64,000 bases of DNA from Raillietiella orientalis (lineage: Eukaryota), in the NCBI GenBank assembly GCA_036172245.1, contig JAYWIR010000014.1, positions 3,658,001 to 3,722,000 on the forward strand, in the 5' to 3' direction. This document shows positions 25,700 to 38,765 of the stretch, piece after piece; position 1 is the first letter of the stretch; every line of letters begins with the position of its first letter. Under the pieces are notes generated by a model, which worked only from the letters and a program-made list of their open reading frames with translations, made no database searches and had not been told where the DNA came from. Both the position numbers and the translations under genes were made by a program.

Positions 25700-26390
25700 C
25701 TGCCGTGAGAGCAAATGTATTTGAACGTCTGAGATCTTGGGACCCGGGAAACGATGAAGTTCCAAGAGAATCAAAAGATGTCAAGAAGCGGGAGGAGCAC
25801 TTCAGAAGAGAGCTGATGCGCTCAAGCACGCAGTAGTTGGATGAGTTGCAGCCCAGTAACGGAGGAAGAACCCTCGAAATTGCTGGATAAGTGAAGAAAA
25901 GAGACAGAACAAGAAGATAGTGAAGGCTCGTCCCCTGACTTGCTTTCCTCTGTTTCACATTACTCATGAGCAAAAATTTCAAATAGGACCCACCAAAACT
26001 CTTATCGGCCGAATCTGCTCCCCAGATCATCGCGATACAGGGAATGGACCTAAACCAGAACTAGTTCGTGCAAAGAGAACGGTGATCTGTGGAAACCCTT
26101 CAGGGAAGGAAAAGTCCAGTACTCTACCGTCTCTTGCCGAATTCCATAGAATGCTGAGAGCGAAATACACTGCAAAATGGGGAGAGCCATCAGGAACTTT
26201 TGCGGAAAAAGAATTCTCAAGGACCACGGCTGTGTATTGGAACAAAAAAGCAAAAAACCCCACCGAGGAAGAGCTTAATCCGCCTACTGGAAGAGGAAAT
26301 CGAGACCAGAGTGATTTGTAATTTGGGATTCAGTAGGATGCCGCTAGGAGAAGAAGCTACACTTTCTGTCTTGAGAGTTAAAAGATGAAG
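25700..26390 (+). mobile_element. Decayed RTE-like LINE linker/RT start
   Basis: KKREEHF (RWxEHF-like) and NSYRPNLL (NYRPISLL-like). Confidence 0.4.
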
Positions 26391-29300
26391 CCGGAAAGTT
26401 GAAAGGGATCAGCACTTCATTAGATGCTGAAGCCGACCTCTGCGATGCATCGATGAAGCGACACGCAGCAGTTCTCCAGCATGCATCTGGTAGTTTTCAC
26501 AAAGCCAGTGTTTTGATATGACAAAGGGTTAGGGTTAACACCGACTAAAGGGAGATACTGCAACATCAGGAATGGAATCCGTAGCTCTTCCTGTGCACTC
26601 AACGATTGTATCACCAATGGGAAGCCAGTAGATTCATGAATGACAAAGACTTTGATATTACCTGGAACAGACAAACCCATTCCAATAAATCGGAGTCCAG
26701 AGCATTAGCGCCCATTGAGGTTCCTGTTTTCCTTCAAGGCTGGAAATAACGCAGTAAAATCTTCAAATAATCAGCAGGAATGTTTCCCGGTGTGTGCAAA
26801 AATAAGCCGAACCTCTCTTCTTTGTAACCCATTATGCTCGTGCTGCAGACGCCATGATTTGCTTACCCTTTGGATCGCTTCAGATTCCATTCGTATTTCC
26901 TCTAGCCGGAAATCCTAGAAGACGAGGTTCCGTCGACCATCTTTTGATCCGAGCCAATAAACGCTGAATGCACGAGGCGCATTTGAGAAATACGTTGTTT
27001 CAAGCTAAAAAAGATTCGAACACGAATTTCTCTGCATCCCGTCCGCGTGAACTAAAGCGAAAATGAACTCGATGCTGATGATTTACTGACGAATCTTTTC
27101 TTCTTCTTCTTGCAGTCAATAGCATCACAGTACCAAAGGTTTCTGAATTTCCACAGGGTTCGTGCTCTTCGCTTGTCCTTCGTTATGCATTCGCCATCAT
27201 CATCGGAAAACCCTGTACGAAAGCAAAGGATTCATCAAGGTTTTTTTTTTTTTTTCCAGGCGAAGTTCTTATCTTTTGCCTGAAAACTATCCACGCCGCT
27301 GCACATAAATCAGCTTCCTAATTACTCAGTTCATGGTAATCAGTGAGTAGCGCTGCACGCTTCCTTCCCACAAGCTGAAATGCGCAAGAGAAGCATTACT
27401 CTCTTCTTGCAATGCTTCTTTCGTACTAACCACTTTACCGGCCAGAGAACTCGCGCAGTAATCTCGGAAAGTTTCCGTGATCTCCTTTCTTTGTCACGCC
27501 AAACTTTGCATGCAGCTTGGAATCAATAAAGTAAACCCAGCGTTTGGATTTCGTCGTTCTTCGACGTGCCGACTTGAAGCAAAGAGAATCGAGTCCACAA
27601 GTTCAGAATGTCGACTCACTTCCCGTCTAGGAAGGGGATCCCAATCTGCTTCTCGTATCGTCGGACAGTCGAAACCCGCTGTTTGCATGATCTTCTCTCC
27701 TGGAAGTACCATTCGTGCTTGTGAATCGGTTACAACGCTTCGTGGTGGTCTCGGAGCCTTTGGATGTTCTGAAGGCTTGAATGGTCCCAGTTTGCGTCCT
27801 TTCAACAAAGTGACTCCACTGGCAAACAACAAATTCTATAAGATAGATACTCATGTGTCCTACATCTCCTACATCGCAGTCTCAGAGAAGGCACAGCTGC
27901 TGTCTCGGAGATTCACTGTTCGGAGGTTTCTTATGTATGGAATGAGGCTGCTTGGAAGAAGGGACATAGGCATCAACCTGATTCCGTAGACTGAACTCGT
28001 AACCGAGGAAACAGCCTCTGCTTTCAGGATTCATCTCGCAGACCTGAAAGAAGTGCGGCATGGGTATCCATCACAAACCAGATCAAGGTATCTTTGAGAT
28101 GCAAGAACCAGTTATGTGTATGCTCCCTATGAGCTATTATTTTATAACCTCACGTCTTCACCGCTTCTAAGCATCTTCTAAAACAAAGACCCCATTGAGG
28201 AGTTTTCTTTTTCATTCTAAGTCGTTAATGGAGACGGTAAAAAGTAAGGGAGCTTGATGAATGGTTTCATGCCGACTTTTGGATCTTTCGTAAGGTCTGC
28301 TGTTGCAGATTTTCTCCAAAACAGAGGAAAGCTGTGGAGCTGACCAAGCATGGTGACTTTTCCAGATGTTCAGTAAGGATATTAAAAAAAATATATATGA
28401 AGGTATCAACGATTTTCATCAGGTGCGTATCCAAAGTACATTCCGTTTTTTTCCTGTGCAATTAGCAAGTATAGCAGATGCCCCATCAACACGACGTGTG
28501 GTGATGATCACTACGCTGATAGCGTGTTGATGGGTCGTTGTTGATGAGGACACAAGTGTGAGCCATAAAAGGAAATCGAAGATTTCATCTAGAATAACAT
28601 AGGCTGCCTGCAACTGTATTTTGCTGCTTCCGGACGGCAGCAGGGAGTTGGAAAAAACAGCCGGATTCCCAGAACTCGAAGCCGGAAACAATCCCATAGA
28701 CCTTCTTCGATTCCGGGGTCTTCGTAGTGCGCTCCCTCTCATTCTTCTTCCTTTCACGTAGATGAGTTTTTCGAAGTCAAGACGTGTAGGAGCTGAATTC
28801 GTGAAAGAGGAAGGTCATCTCCCGCACGTTCACGCATCCATAATGAAGCATGGGTTTTAAGCGTTCCTCATCTTTTGGTTAGAAGTTGGTCAAGATAATT
28901 TTCCCACTCGGCATCAGAGACACAGAAAATTGCAGAAACCGAAAATGGCGGAAAAGGTGGCAAAATAATGGTCACACAGCACGCGTCATACTCCTAGTAG
29001 CGCTTTTATTGAACTGCGCAGGCAGCTGACAACGGAGCAGTTGCTTGCGACTCCTCGCGTGCTTCTTCGGGGATTTCGGCCGAAGAGTTGTGCTTTGCGG
29101 AAGCGACGCACGCTAGAGTGAAAGAGAAAGTCTTTACGACACGTGCTGTGAGCGGCGATAATCGGTGTCTTAAAAGTAATCGACAAGTTGGCGCGCATAA
29201 TTAGATGACCGGTCCATTTCTAGGTTTTCCCAAGTGATCCACCGACGGGTATAAGCTGTGGGTAGCTCTTGTTTCTTTCTTTCCTTCCTTTTCTTTTTTT

Positions 29301-32300
29301 TCTTCTTTTTTTTCCAGTGCATTCAGATGTTTCTGTTTGGGGAATCGCAGAACCTACCTTATCCGGAGCACGCAAGAAAAGCGTGTCTAGACGAGGTGCA
29401 ATCATTAGTCGAAGAAAGAAAACAGTTCTTTGTCCAAAGTAGTCTCTCACGAATGGTTTCGAAGATGAGCTCAGACCCTACACCTGAGTCGGAACAATTT
29501 GAATCAGGTGATCTGGAAGATGAGACGAGGAATCTGATACGAAAAGAGCACCTCCTCTTGTCGTTAGGTGCTTCTGAACGCATCTACAGCTAGCTTTGCT
29601 ACAGCAGAACAGCTTAATAATTGGGCCACGGAGTCCAGAGGAGGCGACGACGTCTTTCATTTTGCTTCGTTTCTCGTTCTGGAAAGCGAGATGTATGCTT
29701 CTTCCATATCACAAGGAATGTACATATGCAGATTTCTTGTAGTTTGGATCCATCATATTGCAGGTTCCCTAACGCTTCCCGTTTCCATCGAGGAGGAAAC
29801 CCAGGCACTATCTAAGTGGAAACTATTCACCTAAAGCGATTCAGGACAATTTACGTTCCACTGTGATCCACAACATTCGTCATGTGAACATCTTCAGTAC
29901 CTGGAACCGAGTGTTGGTGATGCCTCATTCTCAGACGTTCCGTGCAGTTTCCCAAGCAACGGGGAGGTCACTCAAATGCCATCAGATACATTGGTACGGT
30001 CATTGTTTTCTTCTCGTAGCAACGGCATCCACAATAGATGTTTCTTGTGGTGCATGTGGTACGTGCGTCCGCGGTGTGCTTCCCCCGGTGGATTCCTTCT
30101 TGCAAGCCTATTGGATTCGAAACTTGCCTCTTATGAATTTCTAATTTTCAGAAGACATTAGCGGATTACAACGTATGCTTAAACAGACCGGAACAAAGTG
30201 TCCGAAAAATTAATCGCGATTAGCCTGCGTCGGAGGCAGGAGTTTTGATAATTACATTTATGACAACGGATGGCCCCTTGCAATAGTAATTAATTCCTCT
30301 TTGGCCCATCAGTATGTTATCAGAAAACAGAGCTATCAGCTCGTAAGGATTTTACGGGAGTCAGTGTATCAGATGGGCTGTCCTTCATGACGAAAGTGTT
30401 GCAAAAGTGTTTTCATCCTGAAACTGATAATTGCTGACTTCAAACTGATTAAAAAAAAAAAACTGCTACCTGTTCCGCGGCTTTCCATGCCAGTCTTGCG
30501 TTCTTCTTATACGCAACGACCAGCGTCAGGTATTTCCAGCCTCCTCTCATTACACACGGCTTCTAATCTTATCCGCAATGTCAAACAGGCGTGCCGCGGT
30601 GCGCTTGCAAAAATGGACATGGCATGTGGTAGAATTTACCCGTTAAATCAGCCAGTGTCCGTTCTTGCATCTCTCAGAGAATCCCGATCATCCACTGCAC
30701 TTATTCATCAGTTGCTTTCAATTTCTCGCCCAGCAAACTCCGAATAGAGGGCTCTCAAGCTACTACCTCTTGCCTTCCAATCGGGCAACTCCAGAGCATC
30801 CTGCAATTCGTTCTAGCCTGGGTTTCCCTTCGTGGACTCCACTGAGATGGAAATGGGGAGGAAGGAGAGGTTGCTGCAACTTTTGACCACACATCGATGA
30901 TCAACAGTGATCCCAAAGTACTTTGCAAACAGCATGGAATTGTATATATCCAGCCAGAACGGCTACACTAATCACTTCCTTTGAAGTCATAGAAGCTGCA
31001 TGAAATTTTCACTTACAGATACTCTACCACCTGGGGCTCCTGGTTAAGGAACGGCCAGTCAGTGTCTGTTTTCCTCCCAAAAACTCACGCAGTGCGGCAA
31101 TGGTTTTAAGAATCGAAGGCTTCAGAGTTCTATTTTCTTCTTCGAATGCTGGCTTGAAAGCTTTTGCAGCAACTGAACTTTTTTCAAAAAGAAAGGAAAG
31201 AAAAACTGATGAAAAAGGGGGAATTAGTACACGAACGATGAACGATGGACAGTGGTCTCTTCTAGACACCCAAAAAGACTGCCTAGAAATAAAGAGGTTG
31301 AATTATGATCGTTGAGATTGTCGACGTGGTATTCACAAAGAGGACGGTTTTCTACAGCAACTTCGGAATCGGATTTATGGCCTTGGTTCTGGGGAGAACA
31401 AGATGTGCCAAGAGCCTAACAAAACAACTTGTGATTTTCTCCAGCAGTCCACCTCAGTGTGTTACAAATGCAGACACAGATCCACAGAGGAATCTCTGGT
31501 CCCAGTTCCGCACCAAGGTTCAAATGCAAACTGGAGCAAGAGTCAGATACGTTCTCAGGATCAAAGGAATGCAGAACGAATTGTCATTTTTGCCGAAGTT
31601 TCAAGTTTCTTTTAGGAGCTCGCATTCTTGCGCACGTTTCTCAAGATCTGTTTTTGCTCGCGAAAGCTCAACATAGCAGAAACGTGAAAGAAGGGGAAAA
31701 AAATCGCCGCATCTTGTTCAGAGATGCACAGCAGCTGTCCTTTTCTCCGGCTTCCTTTAGGAGCGGGGAGTTATCCACAGATGTGCCTTCATCACTCTTA
31801 CATATGCCTTTCCATGAACCTTCGTGGTTACACAAGAAAAACATCAGCTGTGGAGGAAACCCGCCTTGACCTTCTCGAAATGATACAGCCGACTTCCAGA
31901 TGCATTCACATGAACAAGTGGCAGAAGAATCGATAAATTTGTTTTCGATGTTGATAGTCCAAAGTGTACTCCTTGAGGTAGAATCAGTACGAACATCAAT
32001 TCTGCACTGGAATCAGATTGGTTTCGATTGCCAGCAGCAGCTGATCGGAGAATCCGTTCACAGCAAGATTAAAGATCTTCCTGAGACAACTGCTTCTGCT
32101 CCGTGGGATTGCGCTCTTTCACTTGATCCAAGAGAAATTGCAGATGCTTGCGAAAAATCACGCTAAACAAAACACGACACCACAAATTCTTCGAGCGTCC
32201 AGCCTTCCCCAGACGATGGACTATTGTCCAGATTTTTTTAGCGTCACCGATTCACTTTTAAGCTGGACAGCAAACGCATCTTTTTTAGAAAACAACTGTC

Positions 32301-33659
32301 ACCTTCCGTGACCTTCGTGCGTTGCCATAGAGTCCATCCAGGATATAGATAAAAGTGAGACGGATGAAATGGAACCCGAGGGAGGGAATAGCCGCGGGCG
32401 AGCGGCAGCCGTTGCCCAAGAACTGTGATCACAGGAGGCTCATGGACCAATTTGCAAGAAGAATCTTGAGCAATGAGTTTGACGATTTCATCATCGCCAT
32501 TATTTCAATAATTCGCAATTATGGCGATTGTTTATAATGATTACGGTGAAGTATCACAGTTAAAATCCATAATAATAATGATACGATATAATGATTATTT
32601 GCATGCTAGTCATACAGTGTAATGAGTTCGTGTTCATAGCAATGCGCCAATTTCGAATAGGCGCTTCTAGACCACAGTCAGGAGTCGGGAGAAACGAGAT
32701 CATTTGGTCGTCCAACCACTAAATAAGCGTGGCCCGATTTTTTCCATTCTCTCTCATCGGGGGTTGCAACAATCCTGATTGGCTCAGGATGGATGAGACC
32801 ACGGGCGACAGCAAACACAGCGAATGGTGTTGAGGACAGAATTAGGGTGAACCCACCTCTTGGATGGGCGATGGGGATTGCTCTGCTACTAGTCCAGCAC
32901 AGATAGAAAGCGAATCGAACTGGGGGGGTGCTGCAACCATCGTAGGCAGAGTCCATGATCGTTCCACTCTTCGGTCGTTGGTTTTATCTTGATTCTTGCA
33001 CCCTGTTTTGAAGTGTCGTCACCATGACCACGGAACTCCGGATGAGATGGAAATTTAGGGAAGCCGGAAGACGGGTCTACCCCTCCTTCCTCGAGCCATG
33101 CTCTGCGGTCCAAAACGGAGTTTCCTTGCAAAGGCAGGTAATTCCCTGATTCCTCCAATCGAATTTGCAAATTGCAGCGGAGAAAAGCAGGATGTATGCT
33201 AAGCGTTGCTGCGTGCCCTGCGGGCGATCTCCATTTCGAGTCGCCGAATCCCTCCGTAAGATACGTCAGGACGATTCCGAGAATTTCAGGAAAGGAAGAC
33301 TCTCTTCCGTCTTAATCCCATCATTCCCGAAGACGGCAGCTCAGAGCTTTTGGAAGAGCTGTCCTGAGCGATCGCTAATCTTCTGCATGGGAATTACGCG
33401 TACCGCTACGTCCAGGACAGAAGCTCGCCAGCGCGTCTCATCCCGACCAGCAAGCTGCCGAGATCAGATAGCCGAACAAGAAGGTGCCGCTGAAACAACA
33501 GGAATCCTTCAGCGACCCACGCGGAAATCCCATTCACTCACGGAAGAAAACACTCGAGGGATGCGGGGGCTAAAGTTTCATCAGCGAGATTTGGTTCCAA
33601 TCAACTCGAGTAGGCCGTCAATGTTCCTTCCCCCCTTCTCATCTCCGAACACGGCTCTC

Positions 33660-33745
33660 CAAGAGCGCGCGCGTGCCCGCTCGCAGCGCTTTCGCGAGTT
33701 TTTTGGCCGCGCTCAGCGGGGGATGCTAGCCGCCATCTTGAATGC
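33660..33745. promoter_or_regulatory. Candidate promoter: CpG cluster with E2F-like and YY1-like sites
   Basis: GCGCGCGCG, TTTCGCG, TTTGGCCGCG and GCCGCCATCTTG lie within ~85 bp. Confidence 0.4.
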
Positions 33746-36169
33746 TTGCCATTAGCTGCGTGGATCGCTCGGTGCCAGTGAAAATTCCAATGATGATCGA
33801 TCGGCTACTGGGCAGCAGCCAGCGTGCTACAGAGACTATCTCCGAATGGAACGGGAGTCGTCACGGCTTCCTTTGGACACTGTCCCGGAGTCGCTGACCG
33901 CGAAAGAACTGAAAGTTCCTGAAAGAGTTTGTCGCGAGTGGACTTCCCGTCCACTTTCCTAGAGCCGGAGGTGGAGAGCGAAGAATTCCCCTCAAGCTTT
34001 TCGTCAAGGGAAAGCGAGAGACGAGGGAAGCCACACTGTATGCCGATGCAAAGGGGGAAGGGGATGCAGGGAAACCACGGAATCAGTTCCGAAGAGATTT
34101 CGCCCCTTCAAGAGCCTCTAGATGGCGATACACCTCACCTCCCTTCCTCTCATTAGAAAACCTGGGAGATAGAAGCCCAGGGATCACGTCGACATCTCGA
34201 GTGCATGCCAGCGATCTTGCAGCTGGACCGATAACCGGTCTGGGCGCATGAGAGCTCCTTATCGCTCTCGAGAGAGAACTACCGAAGGGAAGGAAGAGCA
34301 GCACAGCATGGCAGAACAGGTGCGCCAGCATCCTCACGTGGCTCCACGCCGTCCGTCGACGGGACGCCGTGAGCTGCTTCCGGGTCGTGCCCGAAGTGCA
34401 GCTGGAGACCCCGATGGCTCCGCGGCGTCCAGACGCAGCTCCCGGCGAAATGGGGAGGGATGGGGGCGACAGAGAAACCGAACGGAAGCAGGCGCGATAT
34501 GTTATAATGCACAGGTTATAGGCCTACGACGGAGCAGGATGTCTTCGAACTCGGACGTCTTCGGAAGCGAAAGGGAAGAGAACCGGGGCTCCCAAGGTCC
34601 TCCGGCATGCCGTGAGGACGCCGTTGCTACGAACGATGTACCAGAGGGCATTTCTCGGAGGGTGAACCAGAGAAAAGCGTCGCGGTTGACCCAACCTAAG
34701 GACTAAAAATGTACGCAGGGGAGCACGTAAACAGCGCCTTAGGAAACTTGCAAGAAGCAACCAGGAGGAGGACAGGAAAGAAGGGGAAGAAAAGGAAGCA
34801 AGGGAGGAAGAAGGAGAGGTCCTGTGATTTTTCGGAATCAGAGGGAGGCAGAGGGGGTGTGGAAGGCGCAGGAGGAATCCTGCGTTCTCTCCAGCGTGCA
34901 AGAGGAATCGTACGAAACTGCCTTTCGCGTCTCCTAGGCAGCGGGGCTCGTTGCTTTGGAGACTTGCACCGAACGAACCAGAAGAGAGAAGAATTCCGGC
35001 GCCAAGGAGAGATCTGGAATGAGGACGCTGCCACCAGCACCCGGTAGGAAGAACCCCTGCCCTATCGAATGGGGAGGTGTGCGGCGGGCCCGAGGAGCAA
35101 GCCTCCGCTCCTTCTGAGCCTCCCTGAGAGAAGAACGCAGAGATGCAGCGGGCGGATGCTCCGGGGGCGCGCGCTGCACGGCCCTCGGGTCCACGGAACC
35201 GACGCCGGCTAGCTGCCCGGCTCTCGGTGCTCGCTAGGAGAAAGCGGATAAAGTGCCGCCTGGATGGCACCGTCAGAGCCTTCCACTGGGGTGAACGAAG
35301 ACTCGGCCCGGAACATCTTTTCCCGGGGACCATCCCAGCACGGGAGGGAGCGAGGTGCGAGGGCCGGGAGGAGGAAACCGATTGACATCCAGGGTCGAGC
35401 GATCCCGAGGGCGGGGAGGGGCAGGTGGGTCGGGGGTTAGGGATGTCTTTCCTTCCGCCAATGGAATCCCGAGGAGTCGGAGGACGGCCCCTTCCGCTCC
35501 CACCAACTTCCACGGTTCCGTGGAAAGCTCCCCCCTGTAGAGGATGGCAGCGCGTGTTAGAAGCCCTGTCGCACCCGAAGGACTCTTCTAGGGGCAGCTT
35601 CTGCGGAATCTCTTCGCTCCCCAAAGGGCACGCCGACCGCCGGGTCATCTTGCGCATCCTCACGGCAGCGGTCGGTGGTGCCGCGGCGACACTGAAGAGT
35701 GGCCGAGCTCCCCATCCCTGCCTCCTTCAGAAAATGAAAGAGCACGCTGCCCTGGGTCCACAGGGGGCAAACTAGGAGGTGACCCTTCTCTTCTCCGTGC
35801 CTGATCGCGGGTCCGGATGCGTCACCGCCCGGCGATCCCCGGAGATCTTCATTTTACCTGCTCTTCTCTTTGCCTCTCCTTGTTGTTTATCCTTCCACTT
35901 TCGTCCACGCTGCTCTCCCACCCAATCCTGCAGGTTCCTCCCGTCGCCGATCCACCTTCTCCATGGAATCAATGTATCCCCCTTATGTAATTGGGGTAGA
36001 CGCTCCCGGAGCGACCGACCTATGCCTCCTCGCTCGCCCTGAGGATTCCCCGTCTCTCCCCCCCTGTTCCCTTCCTTCCAGGATTCCCGATTCCCGAAAG
36101 TCCGCCCTGCGAGGTAAGCCTCAGTCTCCTCCGGACCGCCCCGCTCGTTCCATCCGTGATGCCGGAAAG

Positions 36170-36345
36170 GAATGGGCGAGGAACGCAGAACTGTCCCAGA
36201 GGCACCGGGAGGCTCCCGTCGGATTGCCATGCGTACCGCGTCAAGAGCGCACCCTTGCGCGCTCGACTACCACGGCTGGCCCCGAGAACCATCCACTTTC
36301 CTTCCAGCTTTTTTTTCGAGGAGCGGGGAGGGGTTCCTTTTTTTA
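36170..36345 (+). mobile_element. Short Tx1-like 3' fragment
   Basis: IAMRTASR, the family C-terminal motif, followed by a T-rich tract. Confidence 0.4.
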
Positions 36346-36464
36346 TGGTCCTCGAAGGTTGCTCAAGAACCATCCGCCTCCTTGGGGAGGGCTCACGAAG
36401 CTGTTTGACGCTGTCCACGCCACCCGAGGGCGCGTGTTCCTCTTCAGTTTATAAGAGATATAAC

Positions 36465-36690
36465 CTCGGAGGGACCACATTGTGGATCCAGAAAGGGCTC
36501 CAGCAGAAGCGGAGTCCGTTCCCTCTCACGTTCGGGAGGGAACCCCGAAGAGAAACCTCTTCCTGATTCTCTCCCGAGGGAGTCATTAGTTCATGGGGAC
36601 CACTCCCCACTTCTCCTCCAAAGGGAACTTGGGAAGGACCCTCTCTTCAAATTTCTTTTCCAGAGGGCACCCCTCCCCCCCGGGAAGGGA
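36465..36690 (-). mobile_element. SINE 3' fragment (hairpin array and tail)
   Basis: The reverse complement aligns to ~48890-49050 (GAATxAGGAAGAGGTT...CGTGAGAG..ACGxACTCC). Confidence 0.75.
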
Positions 36691-36779
36691 ACTGCTCTTT
36701 GTTTCCCCTTCCGATTCCCACTTAGGCACACTGGGAATGTAAAGGAAAATGTAAACTCTCTTACAATGTAAAGGAAACT

Positions 36780-37420
36780 CGCAGATTGCGGCGGGACACG
36801 CGTGGTGGCCCTGCCAAGCTCTGTCTGTCCGTGGATCTGCCGGGTCGCCGATGCGCGGACTGGCGTGGCGGACGCTCCCCTCGGCAGCGGAGGGGAAGGG
36901 GAGAAAACGAAAAATAAAAAGATAGTTAATAAAAATCTTTGGGAGGGTCGGGAAAGGATCCCCGTTCACTGGAGGGAGTCTGCATCCTTTCCAGAATGTC
37001 GGCTAGATCCGTCTGAATAGTCCCAGGTGGGGCCACCTGGCCTCCATCCTCAGGAAGCGAACTGCGAACCGGATGGCGTCTCTCCCATCCCATCCCCTGT
37101 CTGCTTCGCTCCAGGCCATCGCAATCCCGCGGATGCAGCTAAGCGCTGCTGGGGCTGCAACTGGCTGCAGGGCATCCTGTCACCTGCATCTTACGGTTCC
37201 TTCCTCAGGAACCGTAAGATGTCCCTGGGGGGGAGGCCAACCTGGATCAGGAGGGTCGTCCCGAAACGTTCCTTTAAGAGCCAGAGGGCAACACGGTCCA
37301 CTAACAGGTGCGGAAGAGATTCCCGTTCCGCCCTGCATCTGCGGCAGTCCGGGCTCGCCTCCCCAGCATCCAGCGGTGTCGCCGGGTGCTGCAGGTGACA
37401 CCCCAGTGCAACAGCAGCAG
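36780..37420 (-). mobile_element. Tx1-like family 3' fragment
   Basis: CRRC.AERESLPHLLVD zinc knuckle, ARWPHLG motif, and a U-rich 3' UTR homologous to 51190-51370. Confidence 0.8.
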
Positions 37421-37444
37421 AAGTGCCTATCCCTGCTGCTTCAG

Positions 37445-37990
37445 GAGGAGTCGTCTTCGGAGGGAACCCTGAAGGGAATCCCTTCCTCATTCTCTCCGGA
37501 GCAGTCCCCTGAAGGGGGCCGCTCCTCGTTTTTTCTCCCAAGAGAACCCGGAAAGGATCCGCTCCTGGAATTTTTTTTCTCCGGAGAGACCCCCCGGAAA
37601 GCATCCGCTCCTTGTTTTCTCCTCCGAAGGCGTCATCCCGAAGGGGTTTTGCCAAATTTCCCAGAAGGAAGCTCTCCAAGCTTCTTGGCACTCCGGAGAG
37701 GCAACCCCTCGGGGGAGGGGGACGGCTCCATTTTCACAACTGGAGGGGAGCCTCGAAGCGAGCCGGCTCCTCGATTCCAATCCCGACCAGTCAACAGGAC
37801 ATTCGACTTCCAACAGTACTACACCCGAAGTCCGTGGGCCAACCAGCATCATTTCGCGGTGGGAGGAGGGGCAACTGGAAACCCACGACGTACCCCCCAT
37901 CCTCGGCGTCGATCCTCCACTTAGGGATTCGAACCCACAACGCCTGGCTCCACGCAGCCGAGGAGAGGACACAGCCTCACGACCGCCAAC
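37445..37990 (-). mobile_element. tRNA-headed SINE, near full length
   Basis: B box GGGTTCGAATCCC on the minus strand at 37924-37936. The body is colinear with the 43.6 kb and 48.4 kb copies. Confidence 0.8.
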
Positions 37991-38684
37991 GCGGGTCTGA
38001 GAACCGCCAGAGGCTTTCCCTTCCCTCAAAGAAGCCCCGAGGGATGAAGAAGGACGGGGGGATGGAGAAGTAGGATGGCCGCTCTTCCGGATGAAGGGAA
38101 GCGGGCGTATGTCCCAGGAGGACGGGATATCCGGAAGGCCATCTTCGCGTTGCGCCTGAGCCCGGCGGCAGGAGCGCCTCGGGGCAGGAAGGAGCAGCCG
38201 AGGCCGGGCAGAGCGACCCACTGGATAAGCAGGAAGTCCATCGCGGACGCGCTGGGCGGACGACCTCTCGTGGGACGAAGAGACGGTGCTCAACGCTCGT
38301 CCGGATCACTCCCGTTCTCCAAGCGGATCGCAGCGGCCCTACAAAGGAACGGGCGAGGAGGGCGAGGAGGGGGGGGGAGGGGCGGGAAGAACCCGGAACC
38401 AGACGCCATCGGGAGTCGAGTCCTTCGTGTATGTGGACAGGGAGAAATCGGCGCTCCCGTCCGCTCGGTTGGAAGCACCAGGGATGAGCGGACTTCTCTC
38501 CGTCCTTGACCTGGGCTGGGACCGCCTAGCACCCCTTTCTCGCGCGGTGCCGCGGGGAGGAGGGGCTCTTGAGTGACCCTGAGGAACTAGAACGGGAAGC
38601 AGGGTCGGTCCACCCTCGTCTCCTCTCCATCCTGAAGGTTGGAGACGTCTGCAGTCGAAGACGGATCGCGACCGGTGGATGCTC

Positions 38685-38765
38685 GGCTCTTCCGTGGTTC
38701 AAGCAACGGCCACCCGTCCTCAACCCCTTCCCGTCAGGTTCGGGTTCGAATCCCGGACGCGACCG
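38685..38765 (+). mobile_element. tRNA-derived head (SINE or pseudo-tRNA)
   Basis: A-box-like TGGTTCAAGCAACGG and B box GGTTCGAATCCC (38743-38754). No clean cloverleaf. Confidence 0.45.

Noticed and set aside
29357..29450. METTL25-like peptide FFLRLMIAPRLDTLFL on minus
   Set aside because: Lacks the following LDR motif and other supporting exons.
32644..32670. Helitron-like 3' end (hairpin plus CTAG)
   Set aside because: Spacing and flanking base are atypical, with no 5' end or second copy.
33790..33897. Box C/D snoRNA (ATGATGA...CTGA)
   Set aside because: No terminal stem or recognisable rRNA/snRNA guide sequence.
34524..35663. Long ORFs of 379 aa (here) and 377 aa (54259-55392)
   Set aside because: No domain motifs. 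They are consistent with chance ORFs in GC-rich decayed repeat DNA.
37445..37740. CRISPR array or CsrB-like reading of the GGA hairpin repeats
   Set aside because: No unique spacers and no cas genes. The context is eukaryotic and the array lies inside a dispersed SINE.
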